Assembly: GCF_001194135.2 (NCBI RefSeq)
Contig: NC_068981.1
Location: 100,167,564-100,231,563 of the forward strand
Length of the DNA: 64,000 nt
From: Octopus bimaculoides
Taxonomy: Eukaryota
Direction of reading: 5' to 3'
Each line of letters opens with the position of its first letter. The stretch's first letter is position 1. Both the position numbers and the translations under genes were made by a program. Below, in pieces: positions 39,141 through 52,129 of the stretch. Under the pieces are notes generated by a model that was not told where the DNA came from, searched no databases, and saw only the letters and a program-made list of their open reading frames with translations.

Positions 39141-40282
39141 ATGCTATATTAATCATATTTTTCAATTTGTTGAGTACTAGTGATATCTTTAGTTAACATA
39201 CTAGTCAGGAGAGGAATACATGTGTTCAAATTAATGGCATTATATTCTAGTACTTATTTTGTTCACTCCAAACTGAAAAAAAAAAATGTAGAGTTTACTT
39301 TGGTGAATGATCTCAGGGCATAGGCTGCTAAGTAGTATTACTTTGATGTTCTATTTTTCCTGCCAGCTTCCTGCTCACAGAACAGACTACTTACTCAATA
39401 TTATTTATATGTAATTGGCATGTATATGAAGATAAATAATTATATGGTATTTATTGACACACAGTTTGTATGAGTATAGACAGGTAGACAGAGTGATGGA
39501 TTGGCAAATGGCCAGATATTACTCTGTGCCTCCTGATTTTAGAATGAGTGCATTGTGTCCTTGTGTGTTATAAGTGGCAACCAAAAGGGTTAACAACAGA
39601 AAGGACATTCTATCGTAAAACACTGGCACAGAACCAGTCCAATCCATTCGACAAGGAAAAGTAGAAGTAAAATTATCATCATCATCATTATTGAGTGAGA
39701 GAGCAAAGCATGACATCAAAGTGACCCTGGGATACAAATATATGAAGTCCAATATACTCATCATGACTGCCCATTTGATAAGGGTACACCAGGTACATGC
39801 ATCACAATCATGTGTGCGATATGGTGATCTCATATAAAGATAAACAGTGCGTATCAAGATAAACAGACCTTCTTCATGTCAAGTAGCCTATCCCACTCAA
39901 AAGATCCCTGAATAAGGTTTGTTTAAGGATTATGAATGAAACACCCATGTTTTCAGAGGTGAATTATTCAAACTCCAAAGAATTTCTCTCAACACATGGC
40001 TGTTATGCTTTTCCACTACTCTTGCTCATGATCAGAGACACATGTATCATCAGCCACTAAGGAACATGATCAACCAGTTAAGGTCAAGTAACTGACAAGC
40101 AAATGTGTGGTATTGAGCAGAATATTTGCTGTAGCCCATCTTTTACACCAAGATAAAACATGTACATGATAACACTTCCAATTATTTAAGATTAGAAACC
40201 ATGAGAGTCACTGCCACATACTACATCAAGGCAAGCCCCTACTTGGTACTGCATCACAGCAGCCATTGCCTGGTACAGCATA

Positions 40283-40323
<41 letters not shown>

Positions 40324-40339
40324 TGATGTGCATAAATAT

Positions 40340-40856
40340 TTTACATTCAGAACCGATGTCCTTGATACCAGGTCAAGACTAGTTTACTTTCATATTGAGG
40401 ACCTTTCTTACAACCATTGCTGTTCCCAATAGAGTACATTTCTGAATTAACACAAGTCTCATAGTTACACCAATCTCTATAAGAAAATTCTTAAATTTGT
40501 TGGTGACAGTACCTAGGGCACCTACAACAATTGGGACTAACTTTGGTAGACACCCTCCATAGTCATTCTATTACCTTAGCCAAATCCTGGTATTTTCCTA
40601 TCTTCTCCTGTTCTTTGATGGCTACATGCATGTCTGCAGATACAGCCACATCTATGATGATGCACACTTATTTCCTTTTGTCAGGAACCATAATATCTAG
40701 TTGCTTGGCATGAATTTTGCAATCAGTCTGTACATTAATATCCCATAAAACCTTATACTGGTTGCTCCCTATTACACTTTCTAGTTTATATTCATACCAT
40801 TTTCTTTCTACTTCAAATCATCTTTGCCATAATGTCGCAGTGTAGTGTTTTGGCTT
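40340..40856 (-). mobile_element. R4/Dong-like non-LTR retrotransposon, 5'-truncated (RLE domain)
   Basis: KWYEYK...VLWDINVQTD...LDIMVPDK...IIIDVAV...KEQEKIGKYQDL...LVPIVVGALG...LLGTA. (TAA)n tracts on both sides. Confidence 0.85.
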
Positions 40857-41161
40857 ATTATTATTATTATTATTATTAAGCGAAAGCAAAATCGTGATGG
40901 CACCACCATTCGAGCGTGATCGTTATCAGCATCGCGTTCTTGGCACTTGTGCCGGTGGCATGTGAAAAGTCATTTGAGCGAGATCGTTGCCAGTGCCGCT
41001 GGACTGGCTGCTGTGCAGGTGGCACGTAAAATATACCATTTTGAGCATGGCCGTTGCCAGTACCGCCTGACTGGCCTTCGTGCCGGTGGCATGTAAAAGC
41101 ACACCCTACACTCTCGGAGTGATTGGCGTTAGGAAGGGCATCCAGCTGTAGAAACTTTGCC

Positions 41162-41823
41162 GGATCTTTTTTAAAACGGGGGCCACATTTTTCATTAATG
41201 TTTTACGTAGTGTTTTTGGTACCGAAAGACTTTCAAACTTCGTATACTTATCTATTTTGTGTTATAGAATAGAAAAATATTTTTGTATTCGAATTTATTT
41301 CATGTNNNNNNNNNNNNNNNNNNNNNNNNNNNNNNNNNNNNNNNNNNNNNNNNNNNNNNNNNNNNNNNNNNNNNNNNNNNNNNNNNNNNNNNNNNNNNNN
41401 NNNNNNNNNNNNNNNNNNNNNNNNNNNNNNNNNNNNNNNNNNNNNNNNNNNNNNNNNNNNNNNNNNNNNNNNNNNNNNNNNNNNNNNNNNNNNNNNNNNN
41501 NNNNNNNNNNNNNNNNNNNNNNNNNNNNNNNNNNNNNNNNNNNNNNNNNNNNNNNNNNNNNNNNNNNNNNNNNNNNNNNNNNNNNNNNNNNNNNNNNNNN
41601 NNNNNNNNNNNNNNNNNNNNNNNNNNNNNNNNNNNNNNNNNNNNNNNNNNNNNNNNNNNNNNNNNNNNNNNNNNNNNNNNNNNNNNNNNNNNNNNNNNNN
41701 NNNNNNNNNNNNNNNNNNNNNNNNNNNNNNNNNNNNNNNNNNNNNNNNNNNNNNNNNACCAGTGTTCCAAGTTTCAAAGTGTTTCGTTAATGAAAAATGT
41801 GGCCCCCGTTTTAAAAAAGATCC
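41162..41823. mobile_element. Young DNA transposon (Merlin-like) with perfect TIRs and an 8-bp TSD
   Basis: Perfect 37-bp TIR ggatcttttttaaaacgggggccacatttttcattaa and TSD actttgcc (41154-41161 / 41824-41831). The superfamily is inferred from the 5'-GG terminus plus the 8-bp TSD. Confidence 0.85.
41306..41757. other. Assembly gap (N run)
   Basis: N characters. Confidence 1.
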
Positions 41824-41926
41824 ACTTTGCCAAATCAGATTAGAGCCTGGTGTAGCCATCTGGTTCACCAGTCCTCAGTCAAATCGTCCAACCCATGCTA
41901 GCATGAAAAGCGGACGTTAAACGATG

Positions 41927-41961
<35 letters not shown>

Positions 41962-41999
41962 TGATAGATATTATAGAGACAGATAAATTTGATAGCTGA

Positions 42000-42055
42000 G
42001 ACAGACAGACAGACAGACAGACAGGCAAACAGATAGATAGATAGACTGATAGATT

Positions 42056-42100
<45 letters not shown>
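42000..42100. repeat. (GACA)n/(GATA)n microsatellite
   Basis: Directly visible. Confidence 0.95.
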
Positions 42101-43215
42101 GCAGACAGGTGTGTATATATGCATGTAGGAAGGTAAGTAGGTAGGTGAGTGCATGGATAGATAAATGGTCGGATGGATGAATAATATTTTTTTACTTGCA
42201 TTTATCACAGCTAGATATACAAGTGTAGCTTTGTATCAATCTAGTTGATACAGACAGATATATCATATAGATATGTTTGTTAGCTAGCTAATGGTTATAT
42301 CATCATTTCAGCAAATGTATGCATGCATTCTATATTTCAACAATTAAATTTCATACTCAGAATCTTCATTTGAAGAATTAGCATAAATTTCCCAAAGGAG
42401 AAAAATATCTAAATTGAATAGAAAGAAAATTAAATTAATTAATAAATAACCATGAAAAAGAATCAGCTCCTGGAATGTATTCATTAGAATGAAAGACAGA
42501 TAACCAAAATCAGAGTTGTGGCATGAGAATATAAGATAGCGTCATTTCCAAATGTATCAATAACACAAAATAATTCATTGGGATCCTATTAAAAGTAAAA
42601 TGCATAGTAAACACATAGACATATTAAATAAAAAAGAAAACTCATGGCACTATACATTATAAAGAAGCAAACATAACTCTCAAAACTGCCAGTAACATCA
42701 ATTCATGTTCACATGAGTGCAAGATCAATATTTGTTCTATGAGAATGTTTAAAGAACGCTCACTATGCAAGCTCAAGTAGAGAGCATCCTCCTCTATAGA
42801 ACCAAAACTTGAACTATGAAGAAGGAACTTTCAATATTATCTTGTGTGTACATTCACCCAGTTTTTCACAAAGACATGAGGCGTCTCACTGCATGAGCAC
42901 AAGACCACTGTGGAGACTGATGGACACATTCCACTTATCTCTAACAATATTGTGCAAAGCAGAGTAGGCTTTACTGGCCACTGCTAATGTACAGAAGAAC
43001 AGGCCATAACATGTTATGGTTTAAAAGCCTCCTTACCTTAATGCAAGACAAAGACCACTGAACTACATTGACGTTATTAGCACAGACATAAAATATGAAA
43101 CTGAATATTTATATAAGTTAATGGGGTACAAAGATTTGTAGCATCTATTCATTCATCCATCCATCAATTCAAACATTACACTCACACATCTGTATGCATG
43201 TATGCATGTATGCAC

Positions 43216-43250
<35 letters not shown>

Positions 43251-43596
43251 TGATTTTTCTTTGAGTTTTAAGTTCTTATTGAGAGAGTTCAAGCCAGTTG
43301 CTAACAAAGTGACAAGACTTTTTGGGTTAAGGGAGTTCATGGTGTTTGTAAATATGTGGTGGAGTTGGTGTGTTGGTTGAAGTGTCAATGCATACACCAA
43401 AGTGTGTGCATCTATTCACAAAAGAATCTCAGATGGAGAATTTTGAGAATGTCTCACAAATCTTCACTGTGCCACTGATAGACTAGATTTGGAAAATCCA
43501 CACCTGTTTCTTTTGCTCTTTCTCCATGAAACCGAGTATTTCTAGGTCTTTGGGTAAATTTGTTGGTACATAACCTAATGCACTTATGTATGTATG

Positions 43597-44440
43597 TACA
43601 TGGTCTGATTAACAAGTATTCAGACTGTTGCTATAGTAACAAAGCTAAAGCACAGAGAGTAAAGCCACTAAGTTTTAACATTCTAGCTTGCTTCCACTGT
43701 TTACAGCAGTGCTTGGAAGGAAGGTGTGTGGTGTGTGATCATCGCATTCACCATGACAAAGAAAGTTGAACAGAGAATCTGCATCAAATTTTGCCAAAAG
43801 CTTGGCGATACCTGCTCAGAGGCCTGTGGAAAGTTTTCAAAAAGTTTTCATCTTTTTCAACACAATCAACTGAAACCCAGGTGTCTTTTTGGTCAACTGA
43901 AAGCAGTTTTGGCACAAACTTGGCTGACATGCATCTCATACCCAAATCTTCAGTGACAATGGACTGAATTGAACTCTAACAAATCTGCACGTCCTTTGAT
44001 AACTCACGGGTAATGATTCGATGATTTCTCCTCACGGTTGCACACACATCTGCGATGTTTTCCTCAGTTCTGCTGGGTGCGTGTCTCCCAGAACGTTCAT
44101 CAATATTGACATTTTTTCAGCATTCTTGGAAACATCTGAACCACTTGTACACTAGTGTGCAGCTCATACACTTCTTCCCATACACTTTCTGCAACTTTGC
44201 ATAGGCCTCTGAGCAGGTATTGCCATGACAACTTTCTTTGTCATGGTCAATGCGATGATGTCATGCTACACACCTTCCTTCCAAGCACTGCTGTAAACAG
44301 TAGAAGTGAGCTAGAATGTTAAAACTTAGTGTGCATGCACAGCAGAGTTCAAGGTCAATCTGTGCTAAGCAACTTCACTCTATATACATTAGCTTCACTA
44401 CAATGGCAACAGTCCGGATACTTATTGATCAGACCTAATA
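43597..44440. mobile_element. mariner derivative made of two inverted 5' ends
   Basis: The + arm encodes MTKKVEQRICIKFCQKLGDTCSEA. The - arm repeats the 5' end and continues to ...LGMRCMSAKFVPKLL. Both ends carry the 5' TIR (ggtctgat.aa.aagtat.c.gactgttgc). Confidence 0.85.
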
Positions 44441-45201
44441 TGTATGGATAGATGGATGGATGGATCAACAGATGGATGGATCAACAGATGGATGGAGGTA
44501 CATTGCTAAGTCGGAGATGCTGGAGCAAGACAGGTCATGATAGTTTTTGAGACCTATTTTTTCCCCAACAAAATTGTGGAAGAGGTTTAATTCATTTAAG
44601 TTTTTAAGGATCATAATCAAACCTCAGAAATTATAAATGAAAAGAAAGTATGCATGTAATTCTCGAGACATTGTAATGCAAATTGAACAAAATAATTTTC
44701 AAATTGCTTGATTTAAATGATTTGGTGATTCCATAGCAAACACATGTCAGTTTACAAACCCAGGTAGGTGACACATCTGCTCATGGAAATTTCTTATTAT
44801 TAATTGATAGAGATGATATGTTTTTTTCCATACCTCATTTCATGAACAGAAAATCCTTAGTTCAGAATCCCTTGTATATGTCTGGAAGCTAAAACTCGAT
44901 TTAATAAGAATGTCCTCCAGAATTTCATATTGCTTGGAAATCATCCTTTCAATTTCTTTCCTTACTTGCATACGTAGCAAGTAAATAAATAATGATAGAA
45001 AGAAAAACAATCATTTTGCATATTTTTTTATCTCCACAAAATAAAAAAAACCCTCCTTTTCTGACTTGTTTACTTTATGTACTCACACTTCAATTTGCTG
45101 CTTATATATCATTGCTCTTTGATAAAGTCTATCTCTGCTTAATTGATATAGTAATATACCTGTGTCTGTATGTCTGTCTCTCACACACTCTCTTTCTCTG
45201 C

Positions 45202-45254
<53 letters not shown>

Positions 45255-45589
45255 CTGAGAGAAGATCACATCTTGAATTGTAGAATTAACCTTACAAAGC
45301 CAACAACAGTTTCTGTCATATCAACATATTTATCATATATATCATTAAAATAGATAGATATCATTCAACTACGGTAGTAGTTGAATATCATTCTTAAGGC
45401 TGCAATTTACTCACATGCAGCATCTTTCAGAGCTTGTCGTTAATTCAGTTCTTAACCAAACTGAACACTGTTGACATATTTGAAGAGGACTGGTCCCTAG
45501 CTACATTTTGCCATTAAAAAATCGAGATTAGGTCCAGTAGAAAAAGTTTTACATCAAAACTTGTAGCAACATTATAGGAGAGTAATTAA

Positions 45590-45910
45590 TGCCACCAATC
45601 GAGTTTAGATCTAAATAACTTTTTTTTTAATTTAAAAGCAAAATATATTCATCTTAGCTTCAATGATAGAAGAAAGCATGAGGGATTTCATAGTTTTGGT
45701 CCCATGCAACAAAAATTTGCATCAAAAATATTGTGAGGTAAAATATCATGAAAAAAATATATAAACAAGGTAAAAAATTAGATTTAAGTATAATTAACTT
45801 TTTTATTTTAAAAACAAACTATTTTAATTAAACTTAAATGATAGAGCTCAATTCAAGGAATTTCATGGTATCAACCTCATGCAATAAAGTTTTAAAAGAA
45901 AAAAGTTATG
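45590..45910. repeat. Degenerate ~180-bp tandem duplication
   Basis: The tagat.taa..aacttttt...aatgatag...atttcat.gt...catgcaa.aaa.ttt pattern occurs twice. Confidence 0.5.
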
Positions 45911-46093
45911 AGTGTTTGTTTCTCAAATTTGAGGGTGATAATATAGTTCTATACTTTTTTATGAAGATAGTTCTACAAGGGGGCTTTTAATATATTTCAC
46001 CAGTGTCACTGAGGTAAGGAAAAAATTATCAATGACACTGTCAACTGACACATTATTAATTAGCATAATAGCATAGCCTGGAAGAAACATGGA

Positions 46094-46965
46094 TTACATG
46101 GAAAAATGAAAGCAAGAGAAATAATATTCTTAAGATTATAAACCTGGAAAATTACAGAAGTTATTACACTTGAAAAAGTTCAGGACAGCTTATTACATCT
46201 GGTAAAATACAGAACAAGAAAATTTTTACTTAAAATATTGCAGCGAAGGATAAAATTTGAATATTAAAAATTATTTGATTTTTATTTACAAAGTAACATT
46301 ATAATTAAAAAGGGTACAATCATTTTGTTGAAATATTGACACATTAGAATACTTAAAAAATGAGAGCCGGAAGTACCAATATAGCTAAAGTTTTATGCAA
46401 AGCAGAATAGTATAATGGTAGGCAAATTCATTAAATAAAAAATAGGCATGGGGTCAAGACTAAAAATGTGAAGACTTGGCAATAAATTAGGCAATAACTT
46501 AAGCAAATTTACTGTGAATTTGTTGTTATAGGTAGATTTTACTGTAATATATAACTAATTTTTGCATTATTTTATTTATTGTACTAATTATGTACTACTA
46601 TTATTTTTATAACCTATTTTCAAATTTCAAATTTTTAATTAGGAATTTAAAAAATTACTTTTTTTAAAGTGCAAAAAATATTTTGAGTTATTTTTGATTT
46701 AACAAGTAATAACAAATAGAAGTAATAACAAATAGAAGTAATAACTTGTAATAAAATTTTTAGTTTTAATAAAAGCTAATATTTTCTAAATCTAAATATT
46801 TTATTTGAAATTTTATCCTTAGCCACAATATTTCAAGTAAAAATTTTCTTGCTCTGTACTTTACCAGATGTAATAAGCTGCCCTGAACTTTTCCAAGTGT
46901 CCTGTACTTATCCATGTTTGTAATCTTAAGAATATTATTTCTCTTGGTCGTATTTTTCCATGTAA
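46094..46965. repeat. Old foldback/MITE with ~190-bp degenerate inverted arms
   Basis: 46094-46280 resembles the reverse complement of 46785-46965 (e.g. aaagttcagg.cagcttattacatctggtaaa.tacaga.caagaaaatttttactt). Confidence 0.8.
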
Positions 46966-47025
46966 CAGAAAATATCATTGAAATAAATATTTTGGAATAT
47001 ATATATATATATATATATATATAGT

Positions 47026-47190
47026 GGAGGCACAATGGCCAAGTGTTTAGGGCAGTGGACTTGCGGCCATGGGATCACGGTTTCAATTCCCAGACCAGGT
47101 GTTGTGAGTGTTTATTGAACGAAAACACCTAAAGCTACACAAGACAATGGCAGGAGGTGGAGGCAAGCCCTGCTGTACTCTTTCACCACA
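47026..47190 (+). mobile_element. tRNA-derived SINE (resembles octopus OR-type, from recollection)
   Basis: ggaggcacaatggccaagtgtttagggcagtggacttgcg...ggtttcaattccc, with A/B-box-like motifs. Confidence 0.7.
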
Positions 47191-47369
47191 CTAAACCATT
47201 AAAGCAGTAATATATTTATAGAAGGTCGAGTATAATGCCTTGTCTGATGAGTTACCTCTACAGCTATGTGCATTATAGGTGCAAAACCAATTGTCACTCT
47301 CTGACTGGGCATAACAATCAACCTTCTATATATATATATGCATATACATCCATATATACACATGTATAT

Positions 47370-47765
47370 TTTTCGTCTTTTATTTACTTCAGTCATTAGA
47401 CTGTAGCTATGTTGGGGCACCACCTTGAAGAATTTTAATCAAACTTATCAGCCACAGTACTTGTTAAGTTTTGTAAAGAAGCCTGGTGCTTTTTCTATCA
47501 GTGTCTTTTGCTGAACCACTAAGTTACAGGGATGTAAACACATCAACACCAGTTATCAAGCAGTGGTAGATGACAGATATACACACACACACAGACACAC
47601 ATATATATACGATGGGCTTCTTTCAGTTTCCATGTTCTAAATCCACTCACAAGGCTTTGGTTAGCCTGATGTTATATAAGACACTTGCCCAATGTGCCAC
47701 GCAATGGAACTGAACCCAGAACAATATGGTTGGGAAGTAAAATTCTTACCATATTGTCATACCTG
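47370..47765 (-). mobile_element. SINE family A
   Basis: Reverse-complement head and tail motifs. Confidence 0.8.
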
Positions 47766-47792
47766 CACCTATAATATATATACATATATAAA

Positions 47793-47839
<47 letters not shown>

Positions 47840-48208
47840 NNNNNNNNNNNNNNNNNNNNNNNNNNNNNNNNNNNNNNNNNNNNNNNNNNNNNNNNNNNNN
47901 NNNNNNNNNNNNNNNNNNNNNNNNNNNNNNNNNNNNNNNNNNNNNNNNNNNNNNNNNNNNNNNNNNNNNNNNNNNNNNNNNNNNNNNNNNNNNNNNNNNN
48001 NNNNNNNNNNNNNNNNNNNNNNNNNNNNNNNNNNNNNNNNNNNNNNNNNNNNNNNNNNNNNNNNNNNNNNNNNNNNNNNNNNNNNNNNNNNNNNNNNNNN
48101 NNNNNNNNNNNNNNNNNNNNNNNNNNNNNNNNNNNNNNNNNNNNNNNNNNNNNNNNNNNNNNNNNNNNNNNNNNNNNNNNNNNNNNNNNNNNNNNNNNNN
48201 NNNNNNNN
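47840..48208. other. Assembly gap (N run) inside (TA)n
   Basis: N characters. Confidence 1.
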
Positions 48209-48229
48209 TATATATATATATATATATTT

Positions 48230-48820
48230 ATCGTTGATAGCAAAAAAAAAAATACCTAACAGGTTGGCACTCAATGAGGAAGGTCCATGAGTTTTTTTTT
48301 GCAACCACCCTAATCGAAAGTCAAATAAAAATTATGAGAGAAGACTATGATGAGCTCAGTTCCCACACTGAGCTCTACAAAGAGATGATGCACCACAAAC
48401 ATCAAACGACTTTGAATAAGTTCTTCATTCCTCAAGTTAATTCTGCTATTGCTGATGAACTATTTGATAGAAGACAGTGTACCTCATCCTCCCACTAACT
48501 CTCACTTCACCACCGCCTCTCACACAGTAGTCAACATCTATTGTGGTGAGTACGTACCCTACTACAATATTATGATTCTTATTTATTCCCTAACCTATTT
48601 CTCTTCAAATGCTTTTACGTACACCTTTCATAATGTGTATCAAATTGTTCCTTCTTTCTTTCTTTTTTGCTGTTCTTTTGCAAAAATATCCATTGGGAAG
48701 CATTATCATTATCATTAAAGCATGAAAATCAATAGAAAATTATTTCTGCATTATGGGATTCCTGCATTATGGCAAGTTTGTCAGGGACGCATTACTCCCA
48801 AAATGCAAGAGATTCCTAAA
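48230..48820 (+). mobile_element. pogo/Tigger-like transposon 3' fragment
   Basis: ORF 48274-48498 reads ...LYKEMMHHKHQTTLNKFF, a Tigger-like C-terminus, followed by a Tigger-like 3' end. Confidence 0.5.
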
Positions 48821-50121
48821 TATATCAATACATATACATGTACATATCTACATACATGTTTTTGAATCAAAAATTGACAGTTTGCTCAAGTTTCACCCAA
48901 CACCTGTTTGCAACTGAGAGTCTTGTCAAAAGATGGTATGCTGTATTGTATTTTGAGGAAGGGAAAAAAAACACATCTTGTATAGCATATAATAGAATAT
49001 GTATTTTATAATTTTTACAGTGAGATATGCATGTATGTGTATGTGCACATGTGTGACATGCAGCTCTGTGTGTGTGAAAGTATTTACAAGTAAATATACA
49101 CAACTAGATACATATATATTTATGAAAAGGTGATGTTAACACTATATTCCTGGTTAATGTTTTTAATAATCAGTTCTGCTGAAACCCTGCTTCTGTTTTG
49201 TTATACATGAAAATAGATTTCTTTTTGAAAATGTCTTCTGAGACTATGTTTTTAGCCAATATTTTATTGTTTTTATAAAGCATTAATGGAAAATGATATA
49301 TCATAGAGAACATATGGAATGCTATCTGAAATTTAGAAATGTTTGTCTGTTTACTGAGTTGTTGGAAGCACTGTAACATCTGAGTTGATGTGCAGTGAGC
49401 ATTGTAATATGAACAAATGCTGCTATAGATTCATAAGTGGCATTCATATCCAGTTTATTGAATGTTGTTAAAGATGTTAATCAAACATGTGGTTGTCTTT
49501 TGGTGCTTTCAGAACAGCAGGTAGAAATTTCCTTAGGTTTTACGCATTTCCATGACAATACATGTTTGTGAAAAAACAAGAAATTAAAATATATGATGTA
49601 TTTGTATGAATATGTGTGTGTATGAGTGTGCATGTGCATATGTGCATGTGTGTACGTGTGTGTGTGTGTGTGTATGTGTGTGTGTGTAAGTGTGTGTGTG
49701 TGTGTGTGTGTAAAACAAAATGAAAATGAGCCCAGAGTGAGTAGTTATAAGTATTCAAACAAAAACAACAAGGGCATATTAAATACCATTCAAGACAAAA
49801 TCTTGATTCATTTGAAATATGTTTACTTCGGAAGTATCATAGAAAGTATCTTTATGTAAAGTACATGTCTGAACTAACAAATGCAGATTTATTCACTAAG
49901 ATGGATCATGTTAACTGTATACACTGCAAGAACATCAGGGGATAAAATTCTGCATAGGGTTTGATATTCACCTAATATTGTCTGAGTGTGCAAATTAGTT
50001 TGTCCTAACAAGGTGCCTCAATTTAAGTCATTAATTCAACTGAAAATAACATATATACATATATATATGAATGTATACATGTATGTATGTGCATATATAT
50101 ATATTTATATATGTGTGTGTT

Positions 50122-50191
<70 letters not shown>

Positions 50192-50271
50192 TATGTGTAT
50201 GTATTATGTATATATTTATGTTTTTGTGTGTGTGTGTGTGTGCATGTGTAGTGCGTGTGTATATACATCAT

Positions 50272-50400
50272 CATCATTATCATTTAATGTCCGTTTTCCA
50301 TGCTGGCATGGGTTGGATGGTTTGACTGAGGGCTGGCAAGCCAGAAGGCTGCACCAGGCTCCAATCTGATCCGGCAAAGTTGCTAAAGCTGGATGTGCAT
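50272..50400 (-). mobile_element. RTE-tail SINE-like repeat fragment
   Basis: catcatcatttaatgtccgttttccatgctggcatgggttgga. Confidence 0.75.
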
Positions 50401-50599
50401 AAGGAGGATTAAAAAGTATTTGTAACCGGTTTTCATTGCATGGTAAATTTTCAAGAAGAGGGGAAATGAAAATAATGTTTTTTACAAAAATATAAAAAAT
50501 ATATAAAAAAATAAATATACCAATACCTTATATTGTCTTTGAGTTTTTAAAGTTCAATGGTAATCCATGTAGATAATTGTTAGATAGATTAGGATGCAT

Positions 50600-50837
50600 G
50601 GAATTAAGAATCGTGTTGTTTTTAAAAAAGGCTGAGAGTTTATGTGTTAAACAGGAAGTGTGATGTCAAAATAGGAAGAGTATGTAAGGGAAGACAATTC
50701 TGTGGGTTTTATAACAGAATTGTCTTCCCTTACACACACTTCCTGTTTTGACACCACACTTCCTGTTTTGACACCACACTTTCTGTTTAACACATAAACT
50801 CTCAGCCTTTTTTAAAAACAACACGATTCTTAATTCC
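50600..50837. repeat. ~100-bp-arm foldback hairpin
   Basis: 50600-50703 is nearly the reverse complement of 50714-50837, with a 10-nt loop. The right arm has an extra ~21-bp tandem copy of cacacttcctgttttgacac. Confidence 0.92.
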
Positions 50838-50839
50838 AC

Positions 50840-51248
50840 GATTCTTGACCCAGAACAGACTACTACCTTCAGGGACTTGATGTAGGCATCTGTGTTGAGT
50901 CTGAGGGAAGATGAATGGAGGCATAATGTTGCCATCACCAGTGATCACTCCAAACACAATGATGCTGCCTGGATGTTTGATTTTTATCACTCTTGGTACA
51001 TGTCCTCAGATTGACATCCAAACACTCTGAAATGTTCATATTGGAGCTTCCAGCATTTATTCCAAGCAGTACAGCATGTCGTTTTCAAATTTCTGGCAGA
51101 GTGAATTGTATCATGGTATTGTTCTTCTCACAGATGGTGTCCAACTGAATATACTAAACTTATGTAGTCAACAAAATCAAAAACAAACAATGCACATGCG
51201 CAAAATCAGAAATATAAAATAGTGACAATTTACCTATTGCACCCTGTA
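50840..51248 (-). mobile_element. maT/DD37D transposon 5' fragment
   Basis: PGSIIVFGVITGDGNIMPPFIFP and RLNTDAYIKSL, with a TIR ending tgcaccctgta. Confidence 0.8.
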
Positions 51249-51445
51249 TATTGTGTGTGTGTGTGTGTGTGTGTGTATTTATATATAGCTATTGGCATTC
51301 CACTACCAGCAAATGACACCTAATCATTGTTTTACTTTACTGTCAGCTCAATGTTATGTTACCTAGCCAGTCTCACCATCCTAATTTTTCATATACCTAG
51401 ATTCTAATGAATCCTGTAACTAATCTGCATACACACACAAATACA

Positions 51446-51448
<3 letters not shown>

Positions 51449-51513
<65 letters not shown>
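51449..51513. repeat. (TA)n microsatellite
   Basis: Directly visible. Confidence 0.97.
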
Positions 51514-51517
<4 letters not shown>

Positions 51518-52129
51518 TACATGTAGATATATATATATATATACACACATATATATATACATATACACTTATACACACATACCCATACATATGTATACAT
51601 ACATACATAGATACGTACACAAATACCTTATATTATAATTTATTGTAATATCTCATTTTTTAATCTTCAGGATATATACATATGCAGCATAAATGAATAT
51701 TATTTTCCACATTCTCCACATGGCAACTGCTTTAATGTATCTTTCATTACATAGCTGAATAAGAAGTTCTGTCAGTATATGGCTTACATTAGCTATCAGC
51801 TTCATTGAAGTTACTCTCTCTACGCTTGGTGCCTGACTGTCTCTGCCTTGTTCATGACTTCGGTTACACCAATGTTATATGTCAATTATATCTATTGTCA
51901 ACTCAAGTTCTGCATGTATATCTTTCATTTGACTGACTAGTATTTGTTAAATATGTATGGTTTTTGAAATGTCCCACAATCATTCTGCTATAATTGCATC
52001 TTTAAATAATAACTTTATCTTATATTTTTGACATACTCAATATAAGAGCATTTTGTCTGTATTAAAATTTTAAATGGAAAGTAATTATGAGACAGATGTT
52101 CTTGTGACCATATATTGTTAAGTATGGCC

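Larger units (their letters stand above)
40880..41940 (+). mobile_element. RTE-tail SINE-like repeat with internal ~65-bp tandem units, split by a DNA transposon
   Basis: Units start at 40949, 41013 and 41080. The host sequence resumes at 41824 and ends in a (GAT)/(TTA) tail. Confidence 0.8.

Noticed and set aside
40949-41110. Repeat-spacer-like array (CRISPR?)
   Set aside because: Eukaryotic SINE interior; the inter-repeat parts are homologous to each other and there are no cas genes.
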